Assembly (NCBI GenBank): GCA_030248215.1 | Contig: JASANG010000424.1 | Span: 62,001 to 126,000 of the forward strand | Direction: 5' to 3' | DNA from: Enoplolaimus lenunculus | Taxonomy: Eukaryota | Length of the DNA stretch: 64,000 nucleotides | In this document: one piece after another, positions 1 to 13,602 of the stretch | Layout: each line of letters begins with the position of its first letter | Numbering within the stretch: the stretch's first letter is position 1 | Notes under the pieces: generated by a model | The model's database searches: none | Told to the model about the DNA's origin: nothing | Seen by the model: only the letters and a program-made list of their open reading frames with translations | Program-made: the position numbers and the translations under genes

Positions 1-2972
1 CAGTCAATTTGACTCACCATTTTTCGCAGTGTAATAGGTCTTGAAACTTTCAAATCACAGAACAGAGAGCTCAACAATTCATCACAATTTTCAGATGTTT
101 AATTTAGCGTATTTCTGTGCAAAATGTGACATTTGCAACAGCAGCAATTCGTGAGTTTGAAAACCTATTACAAACTGGCCATAGATGCTATACACATTTG
201 AGAATATAGGCGCTTGTCTCAAACTTTAATGCTGACGACTATGCTTAGCTTGAATGCAAGATTAAAGCAAACGGAAACATTGCAGAAAATTGTTCTTAAA
301 ATATAACACATAGCATTTTTGAATTTAATTCAACGAAATAATTGAAGTACTGTTATGAAAAAATCGCTATTAGATTAGATATTAGTCAAACGAAACATTT
401 TCACTCAACCTGACACTTTAAGCCTAAGGTTTAATTAAACCTAAGCCAAAACTTAATCCTAAGTCTAAGCCTCGCATAAGCTACAACTTAAAGCAAAAAG
501 TGTGCGTCTAAAACTAAGCTTAAGCTAAGCTAACGCTTGTTCTTGAACAAATGGTATACGAAAGTAGCTTCCTATATTAACATACGTTTACATCAAGCTA
601 ACTTTCACTTATGTGCATTTAGGCTTAGTCTTATGCTTTAGCTTTAGGACAACGCCTACATAAAACTAATCCTTAGCGTTTGTCTAATGTAGTCGCCGGA
701 ATAAGAGGGGGCCGCGAGTAATAGTTATTTTTTCCCTGCAGTGCGTATCCCCTACTGTTATTTGTTTTTAAGTCACCTTAGTTAAACCTGAAACCCGTTT
801 TTGTAATCTGTTTTGGCCAGAACTGACTTAACCTGAAGCATTTTTGTTGATTGGTTTGTCTGTTAATATTTTTTCTGGATTTATTAAAATTTATATTGGT
901 TGTGCCAGTTACATGTTTCCACAGTCTAGGCTTCTGTTCTGCTTTAGTGTCTTTTATGGACTCTGATTAGGACTTACGAACACTATACACTAACGCGCTC
1001 TAATAACAAATACCCATCCGTATTGATTGCAACTCAAAATGGAAACCTTCTCTTATTACCCCTTCATATTCGACTCACAATAAGTCATTACGTAAAATCT
1101 AAGCCTCAGTCTACGCCTAAACCTAAGCCTTAACATTAAATGTAAGACTGGGATTTAAATTCATTAAGGCATAACAAGAAAATGGCATATTTTTTGTTAC
1201 ATTTAAACTGAAAAAAAAACGTTAAAAGTAGCATTGGACCCTGGCTGGTGACCATCAAACCTTACAGTTATGCCTGCGTGGAACTCTTACGTCAGCACAA
1301 AAAACTCTCATTCTCGTTAATATTGAGAAACGTTCGAGTTGAATGAATTAAAGAGTCTTTTTTGAAATACATGAAAACGGTATAGAATTTCACATGGACA
1401 AGAAAATACAAGAAAAAAACCACAAACACAGTTAGAGTGAAAAAACAAACAAAAAATAACATGTATATCCAGCTATATATACGTATATATGTATAAATGT
1501 ATATGTACATATATACATATATATTTATATATATATTATTAACGCAACATCGACTGAAAACCTAAATACCACGATAGTGCATCTTCAGGCAAGTTTGGCC
1601 AGTATTAAACCTATTTCTACAACAGTCTATTAAAGTCTCAACTACAACATAAGGATAAGCTTAAAACTAAGCATACGCCTAAACCCATTAAGTGTAAGTG
1701 TTTGAATAATGCAAAAACCTGACAAAGATATAACCGCGACGAGACTATAATGCAACACAGCACAGTGGTCATCGCGTTTGATCTTAGCATAAGTTGAACC
1801 GACACTCGTTTGGATAGCTCAAAGTTTCAGTTGTTTTCTGTGTGCGGGGGGAAATTAAAACCGCTGTGTCAAATTCTAGGTTAAAATAACGGTGCCCAGG
1901 TGGAAGCTTCAAATATTAATCAGTTGAAATCTGGTCAACACTGTATTATTGTACGCTTGGTCATTCAACTCTTGTGTTAATAATCATTTGTATTCTCAAA
2001 ATAATCAAATTTTACATTTTAATTTTTTTTATCTGTCAAAGTTTGAAAATTGATGATTGCTATTTTTCACTGTCAAAAACAGCATTTTTGACATCAAAAT
2101 GTATGATAATTTTGAGAAATAAACAAAAATTGATCGAATCAGCGTGAAAAAATAATATTAACAACTGCAATTTTGGGTTGTGTCACTCAAAAAATTTATT
2201 TTTAAACAGTCACCAGCTGGCGGTGGGGTTGATTTGATGAAAGTTTTCAAAATTTTGGCCAAGGGGGCATGCTGTCTTAAAGCATATCACAAGTAAAGGC
2301 TTCATTAAGTTGAAAAATAAAATTTAAGTTTCACGAATAGAATTGTTGTCAAACTGTAGGATTATTCCTGAAATTGTTTCTCAATAATGTACTGTGTCCG
2401 TACTGACGATGGACCGGATATCGAAAATATTTCCTGCCATTCTGACTGATTAACGAATATTTATAATTTATTTCAGTTTGCAAACTGAATTCTTAAAATT
2501 TTTAAAACCGCTATTTTAACTAAACAATTTTCAAAGGCATATACGTAGCATTGGGCTATCCCAAGTCGTAATTCCGCTTTAGACTAGCCGAATTCGAAAT
2601 AGTGCTGAATTATATGCAGTACGCTACTCCAATGGAGGGCCACAATGGCTGCAATATTTTTAACACAAACATATATATGCAACGTAGCAAAATGTTTCAT
2701 TTTAAACACAAATTAAAATACAATAATGTGTTAAATTTAATACATTTCCAATAATACTACAAACGGAAAAATGTGCAATAGACAGTAATGACAAAAAATT
2801 AATTTCTCAACTGATCGTCTATGATGCTATAATAGAGCTGATGTCCCACCGTAATTAATAATTTTGTTCAACAATTCACGACAGCGAGCCTATTATTGCA
2901 ATGGTTCAGTCATCTATAACCACGTTGTCGATTGTATATATCTTTAAGTCTTCCAGAACCTACCAATATTTT

Positions 2973-3164
2973 GGCCCATGTTACTTTAACGGGCGTCCAG
3001 GTTTGTGGTGGGTGCATTAAAGAGTAGGTTTAGATTCTAGATTACGTCTTTTTTGCTTAGACTTACAGTTACGCTTTGGAACTCATTTTTGCAACGCTTA
3101 GGCTGAGGCTTAGGATTAGGAATACGCTTAATCTACTGTTACGCCACTTAAAGTAACATTGTCC
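2973..3164 (+). mobile_element. Telomeric-repeat MITE (Merlin-like), subfamily 3
   Basis: TIRs ggcccatgttactttaa...ttaaagtaacattgtcc; flanks aatatttt/aatatttg (8-bp TSD, 7/8); degenerate TTAGGC interior. Confidence 0.8.
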
Positions 3165-3593
3165 AATATTTGCATACTATTGGCGTCGTTTACTTTAACT
3201 CGTTTACGCGGCGTGAAGAAATACACGAGGTATAGACGCCGATAGTGGCTTAACTATCATTAAACAACAGTGTCTTAACTCTTTCTAAACGAGGACGCTG
3301 TCGTTACCTCAACTGCATCCAGAGGGGGATGTCCGTATCCGCCAGAAAATTATTTATGATAAAATGGATATGGTCGCTACCTTACAATTTTTTCTACTCA
3401 GTACTTTTTGGTGATAAAATGATTTCGCTTACAATATTTCGCTGTTCATGGGAAAATGTTGCATACAGCAACAAAATTGCGTTTCATAACTTTTGCCAGC
3501 CCAACACCAGTCAGAAATTTCTTGATGCGCCGCTGATAGCAAAAACAAAACGGCCCAGTGTCGCATACAAGCACAAATTCAGTCTCGTTACTA

Positions 3594-3840
3594 CACTGTA
3601 AATCCCAGTGAGTTGATTTTAACTCAGAATAAGTTGAATCACTCAGTCTGAGTTAGGACTTTCAGAACTCAGGATTATGAGTCAATAACGCTCACTCTGA
3701 TTTAATTATTCGACTTTACCCGGAATCAACTGAACTCAGAGCGGGAATCAACTCAACTCAAAGTGAGTTCATGTATTAACTCAGAAATAAAACTAACTCT
3801 CTAGCTGAGTTGATTAATCAATTCATTGGAATTTACAGTG
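3594..3840. mobile_element. Family-B MITE (CACTGTAAAT...ATTTACAGTG; GAGTTGA/TCAACTC-rich)
   Basis: TIRs cactgtaaatcccagtgagttgatt/aatcaattcattggaatttacagtg; related copies at 16271-16523, 47036-47552, 53137-53287, 56915-57168, 61581-61832. Confidence 0.85.
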
Positions 3841-4724
3841 CATTGAAGATGGCCAAAACAACTCAGCACCACGTACAAAAATTTTGGCACCACTAGAAAT
3901 GTTTTAGTCACGCTTGTAAAATCATGCAAAATTGTCTGTTTCCTCTACTAAACCCGTTATGGTCTCTCTAGAAACTGGAGCTGGGGCTACGAGCCTGAAC
4001 GTATACTATTTTCTTTCCCACAACTTTATGCCAAAACGTCAGAACAATGGTTTAGCGAAACTTTGAGATATTAATTCGGCTTTTATACCCCTGGCATAAC
4101 AGCGGACAGTTTTACAGGGCAGCATTTAATTTGAGTCGGAAGCCGGAAATATCAGTAGTATATAATATCAAAACCGGTATATATTTTAAGAACCAAAAAC
4201 AACCACAAACCCAACCAAACGGGACCATATAAAGACCAGAGCTCGCTGCCTTAGGGCCGTCATAAAAACCTTAGCCCTCGCTCCAATTGCCCTGAACAAT
4301 TTTTTGATGTTTAGAAGACGATACAAAAATTGTCTAAAAGGTATTTCTTGTTTAAAATGTTTATGGTCAAACGTATACGACCGCAGCTAACTCACCTTAC
4401 TAACGGTCTAAAAAAATTTTCAGGAGGAACATGCAAGGATTTTCGTTAATACTAAACAAGCAAAGTTGAAAAGTTTTTATGGGGGGCAAAATTTTTCTAG
4501 AATAGGGCTCAGCTCCTTTGGCCGCAACCCTCTTGGCAACGGGCTTGAAAATATATTTTCCCGGCTCTGGCCTGCATTCAGGTCAACATGTTAAATGGGA
4601 CCATAACATATATATATAATAAGGTTAATCTATTGCTCCGGACCTGAGCACCCACTGACCCGATGAACATCCGGCTTTGGCAGCGGTTTCTGGTAGGAAT
4701 CCATGATAGCTGAGGTGGACCTCT

Positions 4725-4986
4725 TAATACTATCAAGAGTGCATGATACAAGAGTGTGCAACTCTTTGGGTTCCGCATGGTACAAAATGTTCCACCGGGC
4801 GTTGTGTTTTTACCCGACCCCCCTTGAGGGGCTGCTGTCACATGCAATAACCCTAAAATAAACTATAAGCGAAGCAATTTCTGTTGCCGGATACATAAAG
4901 TTTTATGGTTCGCCAAGGTTGTACCCCTCTCTAAATAAGGGGGGTAGGCCAAAAACGCAACGCGTGCCGGGTACATTCGTTTCTAC
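4725..4986 (+). mobile_element. Dispersed ~260-bp element, possibly rolling-circle type (copies at ~30003-30245 and 62743-63009, both minus)
   Basis: Shared ttccgcatggtacaaaatgt, ctgtcacatgcaata, ccggataca and aacgcaacgcgtgccgggtaca blocks. Confidence 0.65.
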
Positions 4987-5252
4987 ACAGAATGTAGAAA
5001 CATGAAACATTAAATTTCATACCGTCGGTAGCTTATGCTTATCCAAGTTTACCGATATAAGTTTTTAATTTAGACGATTGAAATTAATCTTAATTATTTT
5101 TGAAGAAAAATATGAAATGACAAAAACAATACAGTGAAAATGCAGACATAAAATTGTTTGAAATTTAAGACATAAGTGAAAAACAAATACTATGTATACA
5201 TCAAGGATATTTTGTGTAAAATGCAAAACTTTGGCGACAATTTTGAGATATT

Positions 5253-5610
5253 GGCTGGGTTTTCAATACCCTACTTAAGGACGAGACTTAGTACTTGAGT
5301 ACGCGATAAGTAATTACTTAACCATTTTGTCGTTTTTAAGACCGTACTTAAAGTAAGTAAATACTTCAATCGCTGACTAAATTCGATAGATTACAAATTT
5401 ACCAATCAAGCATTCTAGCATATGTCAAATTGAAATAGTAGACTATTGGTGCCTCATTAATATAAAGCAAAACTATTACTTTATTGTTATGACAATCGCT
5501 GACATTTGGCGTTTATTTGTTTTTGCTCAAAAAGGACAAAATGGTTAATTAATTACATAACACGCTCTTAAGTATTTGACATACTTAAGTAGGGTTTAAG
5601 AAACCCAGTC
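5253..5610. mobile_element. MITE with CTGGGTTT TIRs and acttaagt-rich interior (relatives at ~7744-8088 and ~33540-33907)
   Basis: ggctgggttttcaataccctacttaag...cttaagtagggtttaagaaacccagtc. Confidence 0.75.
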
Positions 5611-6983
5611 ATAGAGGTAATATTGCTTAAAGAATTAATCACACCGATTTTCATTCGTAAATTAAACTCAACCTAATCTTTACAACCGCTGGCTGTATTG
5701 TACATGAAATTCACATACCAACGAGTCTGGTTCAAAGTTTATGATTTTGAAGCTATTTTAAACTAACGATAGGTGCTATACACATCTGAGAATATCAATA
5801 AAACATTATTGGTTCTACTTGTGGATACAAAACGACTTTTTAGATCGCCTTGAGCAAGAAAAAAATTGAAATTTAGAAAAACTGATTACGAAGTATCAAC
5901 ATTTTTTTAAAGATTTATGCCATCAAATTAATTTAGAGACGAACCAAAATTATTCTTTGTCATTTTTATATTGAAAAATAATTTTTTATGTTTTATATTT
6001 TTGAAACATTGTGTTTACAAAATTTACACAATAATGTAGCAAAAATTGGCAACGTAATGTCATAAAGACGGTTTTCGCACGCTATATAAGTACACTATAA
6101 TTATACCGGGACACATATAATACATTTATAACAGGAGTACTTACGTTGTGTTATATATTAACAATTACAGGAGGGACAGATATACATTTATAGCAGGAGT
6201 ACTTAAGTTGTGTTGTATATTAATAATTACAGGAGTACACAGTAGATTTCGAACAGGCACACGTACATATTGTGGCTTAGGGCGGTTTTGGTCAAACACT
6301 GACACAAAGTTAGTGGAGATTTGTCCAAAACCAAACGCCAGTGTACCGGCCTGGCTATTCAAGCCGCCTCCTTCGATCTGCGAGATGAAATCCGCATTGC
6401 GAAGTGTAATCATTCTATTGCTTTTTACCAACAACTCGAATATTAAATTGAAATGTTGTTCTGTTCGAGACCAGAGTTCGTATTCTCAACTGTGTGTAGC
6501 ACCTATTACCAGTTGGTGGTAGGCCTTGTAACTTTCGAATCAGAGAATAGAGAGGTTTTGAAATGCAGCACATTTATTGGTTTCGATTTTCTCTACTAGT
6601 GTACAAATTTTGAGATCTGTAGTTGCACCCGTTCGTTAGTTTGAAAACCTACTACTAACAAGCGTAAAAATGTTTTTTAAATTAAAATTCACCAATCAAC
6701 GGTGGTTCTGCTAGTTGCCTATTTAAAGCTTAAAATAGTTCGTTCAAAAAAATTTATGTCGAATTTTTGGAGCGTTTCAGCTTTACTCTTAGCTTCTGAA
6801 ATCGCGCAGGTTAAAATTTAAAGACATTTGTTGCCGATAATCTTGTAACCCGATACAGTAAATAGTTAATATATTTTATGAGTACGTAGCGTTATGCATC
6901 CAGGAGTACATATAAAATTAGCTGGAAATACAAGTGCTATTTTAGCCTAAACACATTCACATATACACATACATATATACATA

Positions 6984-9900
6984 TTACAAACGATAATCAG
7001 TAACAGGAGAGCGTGGTACTCCTGGATGTGCGCGGGTCCCGTTTTCAACCGGCTGGCCTGCAGGAGGTTCCGCCGCAGCTCTGGGTTGTTGACTCCTACG
7101 TTGCATTCTTGCATCTCCTGGCATCGTTTCAGGATGATGTCCAACAGGATGTCCAGGCTGTTGTTGTATTCCTGGCGGATATTGACCAGCGACTGGTTGT
7201 TGCGCTCCTGGTGGCAACGGAGGACCGTGAGAAAATCCTGAAGCGTGAGAATATCCTGTCGCGTGAGAAAATTGTACTCCGGGTGAATAATGATGCGGCG
7301 CAGTAGTACGCGGATCTTTTTGATGATGGTGGGGTGTACCCGACGCAGGCTGCTGTACTCCTTTTTGAGGCGATGGATAATCCGATATTTGGACGCCAGG
7401 AGTAACTTTCTGAACAGGGACTGTTGGTCGAACTCCTCCTGGCGGTAGTCCATGGCCTGGACCTCCAATTGGACCTGGTTGACGCCCTCCTCCTGGTGTT
7501 GTATAATGATAATGTTCAGGTTCTTCGTGAACGGTGCTTAAAAGATGTTGATATTCCGGACCTCCTGGTGGCCCTCCTTTATTTTTAGAACTACAACCAA
7601 TCAAATGTGTAATTATGTCGACAGGCAAAGGAATAACAACGGTATTGTTATGCTCGGCTGCAATTGTGTTTAGCGTTTGCAAATATCGCACTTGTAGCGC
7701 TGCGGGTGATTGCGCCATGGTCTGAAAATATTAAAAACAATGATTGGGTTTCTGAAATCTTACTTAAGTATTTACTTAAGTTATACATAAGTAATTACTT
7801 AAGTCGCCGACTTAAGTAAATACTTAACTTTTCGAACAAAAACGGATAAACGCCAAATGTGAGCCACTGTCATAACAAAAAACAATAGTTCAGAACGCAC
7901 CATGACTGTACAATTTTTGGATAGACCAATGTTAGTATGCCTGAGCTGTCAATCTGTAATGCATCAATTTTAGCCAGCGACATAAATATTTACTTAACTT
8001 AAGTAAACTTTTAAAAACCGACAAAATGGTTAAGTAATTACTTAGCGCATGCTTTAGTACAAAGTCATACAGGTTTTCAGAAACCCATCCACTGAGAGGT
8101 GTGTGACGTTTCTGTGTACAAAAATATACGGCCAATGACGCATCTAGAAATTCCCGAATATGACGCCGCGTGATATATAATAGTGTAAAAACTTCGCGAG
8201 TAAAGCGATCGAAAAGCCAAACGCAATTTTAGAACAAAATCTTAATTCTATTAATTTTGAACTTGATCCATGTTGGGAGTACTACGCCTATGTGTCATCC
8301 TTATTGGATTCGCGGATGTATGCAGCAATTTGAAAACAGGAGCGATACAAGAAATGTTATGTGTTTTTTGCATGTTTTGTATACTCCGGTGCTAAAATAC
8401 TTAAACCAAGAGTTCATTATACTTTTATCTATTTTTGTGTCGCCCAAAAAGTACCAGGACTGCTATACAAAACATGTGCAAGGAATTACTCTGTATCTAC
8501 TCAAAAACGAAATGATTCGGAAAAACTCGTCCACCCCAGAAATGGTCGGTAGGGGCTTGGCGAAAACGCAACGCACGGGTGACTACAGGCATTTTCTACA
8601 CTTATTATACCCAGTTGTATACTCTTTTGGTGAAATGGATCATAGACCTTTCTTTTGGTTAAATGGATCATAGACTTTTGGTTAAATGGATCATATGGAT
8701 CATAGACTTTTGGTTAAACGGATCATAGACTTTTGGTTAAATGGATCATAGACTTTTGGTTAAATGGATCATACACTTTTGGTTAAATGGATCATAGACT
8801 TTTGGTTAAATGGATCATAGACTTTTGGTTAAATGGATCATAGACTTTTGGTTAAATGGATCATAGACTTTTGGTTAAATGGATCATAGACTTTTGGTTA
8901 AATGGATCATAGACTTTTGGTTAAATGGATCATAGACTTTTGGTTAAATGGATCATAGACTTTTGGTTAAATGGATCATAGACTTTTTGGTTAAATGGAC
9001 CATAGACTTTTTTGGTTTAACTGAGAATAATAAAAAATGCCGAAAATATTTTATTTTCTACTCGAATTTTAAATTTCAATTGCACGTCGCTTAAAATAGC
9101 GTTTAAACGTAAGTGCGCATACATATAAGTAAGAGACTACGAGTTCAAATAGTTTTTATCGCAGTAATCGACACTGCAACCAAAGATCCGCTTCCGTCTC
9201 CATCTCCGACAAAAAATCAACTTCAGGTTGTGTTTTCGGTAAAAATTTTGGCGGAGGTTCCGGCAATATCGGTACAGAAATTTTCCACACCATTTCTTAG
9301 AAAAGAAACATAAAAAACAATTTTTGGCCATGATCTAATTAGCTTTAAGTAAATCAAGCGTTATTTCAACAGGCCTGTAGCAAACTTAGTTTGGTAGGAA
9401 GGCTAAATATTTTTCAGGAGGGCACACAAGGGTTTTCAATGGCAAAATTTTTCAGAGAAGGCTGACTGAGCTGCAACTGGCCCCCTTTTGCCTACGGGCA
9501 GGTGTATCTCAACTACCCAATGTTGACTTCTACCTTGACGTTCCAGCTCCAGTAAAATATGCTGATGTCCGCTTCCGGCTCCGGTTTTTCTTCTCACATC
9601 CGGTTGCACCTTTAGTCGCAACCGTAACACAAGTTACCTGTGCAGCTTCACGTAAAGCTCTCGACGCTTTCAATTCTCCTTCAGCGATGGTGACTTTAGC
9701 TCGAGCAGCCCTGGACGCTTCGGCTTCGGTTGCCATTGCTCGCATGAGTTGTTGAGGAAGTCGGACGTCTTTGACTTCAACGCGCTCGACCTGAAACAAT
9801 TTCTGCATAATACGCAGCCTGGTACCGTATTTGAACGTGGGCTCAGAGTCAGAGTCGTGCACAAGGGGGGTGATAGCGAGATACATCCCCCACTCCGAAA

Positions 9901-12316
9901 TTTCTAGAAATCCTTAAAAAAGGGTAATGTTGCAGTATGTAGTTACCTTCACGTGCTTAAAAACATCTCGGTCATATGACTATAAAATAGACAAGGATCA
10001 CTCCCTCCTAATATAAACTCCTAACTACGATTTTTGCTTTACATGGATCGAGGGGGTTACAATCTTTTCAAGTCTCACTCTGTAGAAATCTCAAATTAAT
10101 ATTAATTTAACTACTCTTCAAAAGCTTAAACTAATTTGAGTAAAGTTTACGCTAATCCAGTAGTATTAAACTAACTTTCAAGAAGAAATGAACTAACTGG
10201 TACAACGACGCTTAAACTAATTTTAAATCTTACGTATTTTTAGTTTAAGCTAAACTTAGTGAACTCTTTGATAGACATAATTTCTGGGCTGCACTTGTCG
10301 CTTAATCTAAAAATACGTTCACTTAAACTCGAGTTAAACATAAAAAATATGCTAGTTTAAGTAAAACTTGAAATTCTAGTTTAGATACTCCGTCCAGTCA
10401 TTTGAGTTTTACTTGCAACTAATATTCAAGTTTAGTTAAGCTGTAATTCAAGTTTAAGTTTTTAGACAGTAGTAGAAGTTTACAGTTAGAAGTGATTATA
10501 TTGTTTGTTTTTCTTGAATAATCGAAATAATAAATAAATTCTCGGCTTTCGTCTTTGTATGGCACCCAGTCGCTTTTACCTGTACGCCCCAAGATTTTGT
10601 TGCTTCATCAAGAACAGACTTGATACTTTGTGATATATCGTCCCGTTTCGACAACATTTCTCCTAAATCCATCGTTCCCAGCGTATTCCGGAGCGTTGTT
10701 TGGGCGAGAAGTTTCGTTGAATACGCGGCGTCGTTGACGTTTGTGATCGACACAACCGGATCGAAAATGCGGAAGTAAACAACGGCGTCCACTGACACAG
10801 TCACTGAGTCCTGAAATTGAAAAAGCGACAAAATTTAAAAAAAAACTAAAAAATGGAAAATACTAAATTTTAAATTAATTCACACGCAATGACTACGAAA
10901 TACGGAATCGGGAAAAACCTTCTAAGATGCGGAAGTAAACGACAGAACAACGTCCACCGACACTGTCACGGAGTCCACAAATTGAAAAATTGACCAAACT
11001 TTAAAAATCTACTTAAAAAGCGAATCCGGAATATTGTTTCAAAATTTAATTGTGACGACTACAAAATGAGAAAATTAGAAAATGTGAATGAAAGTTTAAG
11101 TAATAAAACAGGATTCACCGACAATTGTCCGAGTTTTAAAAGTGAAAAATATACAAAATTCATTGTCTTAAAATTAAAAATTGCAAATTAAAAGTCACAG
11201 TCTTATTTTCAACAGAATCATCTTGGCGAAACTATAAAAAAATTTATTTCAATATGTCCTGACGTTTGCAATTTGTACAATAAAACAAACTGCAACGATT
11301 TTCAGCCAAATTGCTGCCCATGTGAAGATCAGTGGCGGAACGTTTTTCTGTGAGACTGCACTAGAGTAAGCATAAGCTTTAGACTAACTTTTTTGCATAA
11401 GCTCAGGTTTAGGTATAAGCTCATTCATGCAATTAGGCTGACGCTTAGGACTATGATGATACTATAGTTACGGCCATATTCTATACATTGGCAACAGGTT
11501 TACTAAAAGTGCATGTAGAAGCTTTATAAAAACGGAACCGGATACAGCTGTTTACCTTTGACAGTATTTCTTGCGGCGGAACACTGAACGACACCACGCG
11601 TAAATCGAGTTTGGTGTACGAATCAATGCACGGAATGATCCAAAACAGCCCAGGGCCTTTTTCTTTGCCCGACAGCAGTGAACCGAGTCGGAATATCACC
11701 GCGCGTTCGTATTCTTGGCATACTTTTGTCGCAAAAATTAACGAAAATGGAAGAAATATAATGATTAAAAAGATTGAAAATCCAGTCAGTAGCAGCGCAC
11801 AGCCACTCGCCCATATTTCTTTCTTCAGCGACGGATCAGCGTCATCAACGCGTTCTGAAACAAAAAAATACTTCAAAGCCTAAACGAAGCGTAGCTACGA
11901 CTTCAGCTCGCGAGTTTATCATCTCATAATTTTTGAATCTAAAGCACAGAAGGTTATTCTAAAGCCTGTTAAAATAATTGCTTTGTCATGCCTCAACAGA
12001 CATATTAGGGCGTGAAAATATCCTGATCACCCTTTGGCACTCTACACTTTCTTTAGTGAATTTATTCTTCAATTGCAGGAAACTTTTTAGCTTCACTAAA
12101 CAAATATTTTCCTGCAGTTGAAAAATAACTTCGTCAAAGAAAATGAGCGACGATTTTATGTAAAGTCTTTCAAACTTTACATTATCCGTCAGTAATTGAT
12201 AATAGGTGCTACACACAATTGAGAATGCAAGCACTGATTCAGAATGATTTTGATAAAAATTGATAAGCCACATGTTACCAACCTGGTTGTTGACCGGATG
12301 GTGGCGGAACAGCCAT
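6984..12316 (-). CDS. Stomatin-family (SPFH/band-7) membrane protein, ~484 aa, 5 coding exons, with long Pro/Gly/Gln/His-rich C-terminal tail
   Basis: complement(join(12283..12316,11556..11854,10580..10810,9638..9790,6984..7721)); all introns GT-AG with compatible phases (1,0,0,0). Translation has stomatin hallmarks: hydrophobic hairpin FSIFLIIIFLPFSLIF, KVCQEYERAVIFRLG, GPGLFWIIPCID, VPPQEILSKDSVTVSVDAVVYFRI, WGVQVERVEVKDVRLP, AMATEAEA, SPAALQVRYLQTL. First exon (MAVPPPSGQQP; in-frame stop upstream) is less certain. Specific paralogue (mec-2/unc-1/sto-n type) cannot be assigned without a tree. Confidence 0.93.
8634..9019. repeat. 23-bp minisatellite, ~16 copies, in stomatin intron 4
   Basis: Unit tggatcatagacttttggttaaa, nearly identical head-to-tail copies. 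Confidence 0.95.
10927..11006 (-). pseudogene. Degenerate intronic duplicate of the 5' end of stomatin exon 3 plus its acceptor region
   Basis: atgcggaagtaaacgacagaacaacgtccaccgacactgtcacggagtccacaaattgaaaaattgaccaaactttaaaaa aligns to 10767-10843 atgcggaagtaaacaacggcgtccactgacacagtcactgagtcctgaaattgaaaaagcgacaaaatttaaaaa; the acceptor AG is mutated and there is an indel. Confidence 0.75.
11315..11493 (+). mobile_element. Telomeric-repeat MITE, diverged copy in stomatin intron 2
   Basis: tgcccatgtgaagatcagtggcggaacg...ggccatattctatacattggca; internal aagctttagactaa and degenerate TTAGGC. Confidence 0.7.
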
Positions 12317-13407
12317 AGTAGTTCCGGGATTAAGTTTATGTTCACCGCCAGGAGTCGTGACACCAGCCAGAAGAGCGGTTGACTCAGCTTCGTATTCGCG
12401 TTCACGCGGTATCGCAGTCTCCAGATTGGACAAAATCGACGACTACCAGGCTGTCGTCAAGCCAAGTGTTCTCAAAAGAATGTGGCAACGCGTTGTTGCT
12501 GAATAAATTTTGCCAAACGTTAGCTACTGTCCGCGAAATATTGGTAGCTAGCTTTTCAGGTGTATAGTGTAGTGAACGGTGTGACACGTACGAAGTGTAC
12601 ATTACCACGAATCGTTGATACGGATAAATTTTACCGGATTTAGATATAATAATATATATGTATTGTTGATATTTTAATATATTTATGAAATTAAACCTGA
12701 AAGCTGAAGTATATATTTCTTATTTTGCGTGCTAAAAATATTTCTGTAAAAACAAAACCCTTTTTGGGAAATTGTCAATTTTACAACTAAATCATCATAA
12801 CATGAAATAAACTATTTTATATCTGCAGTAAACTGTTTGAAAATACTAAACTGGTGATGGGCACGACACACATTCAAAAACTGGTTTCAGGCGTACAAAC
12901 ATTGGCCCACGTCTGGAAGACGTGGGTCGGACCATTTTCTGCTCCACGTCTGGAAGATGTGGGTCGGACCATTTTTTGCTGGAATTACGAATTGTCGGGA
13001 ACAAATTTTCCGTGTGCCGCTTTTGACCACTTTTTTGCTTAGGCTTAAGAATATCGTTATTCTTACGCTTTTAGGCTTCGGCTTAGGTTTAGGCTTAGAA
13101 ATATGCTTACATTTAAATCAAGAACGAGATTGACGTTTAAACAGGTGTTCGATTTGAAAAATTGTTGGTCATCGGACTGAAGCAGTGCTTTGCTGGTCTG
13201 TAAGCATTATTGGATCATTAATGTTCGTAATCTCAATACGTGTAAAGGTGTTTACATGTGTTATACTAATGAAAAATTATATTAGGCTTAGTCTTAGGCT
13301 TAGGCTTAGGCAATTGCAGCTTTAAAGTTCATACTCAAAAAAGTACGGTTCGATCAAGTCGGAAATTTTTGTGCCAACATTGAAACAATTTAGTTTCAGC
13401 AGAAATT

Positions 13408-13602
13408 GGCCCATGTATAGAACAGGACCGGATCGTTTTCCGGAGGGGCTAGAGTCAGTTTAAGCTACAGGCTATTTAGGCTTAGGCTTATACTTAGACT
13501 TAGACATTGACTCATCTATACGCTTAAGCCTATGCTTAGACTTAGGCTTAGGCTCAGGAATATGCTTATACTACTGTTCCGGCCCTGTTCTATACATGAG
13601 CC
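13408..13602 (+). mobile_element. Telomeric-repeat MITE, subfamily 1
   Basis: ggcccatgtatagaacaggaccgga...tccggccctgttctatacatgagcc; TTAGGC interior. Confidence 0.85.

Noticed and set aside
6947..7468. 173-aa overlapping ORF and antisense ORFs at 7013-7306
   Set aside because: Alternative frames of the GC-rich, low-complexity stomatin last exon.
8634..9019. 23-bp repeats as a CRISPR array
   Set aside because: Head-to-tail copies with no unique spacers, inside a eukaryotic intron, with no cas genes.
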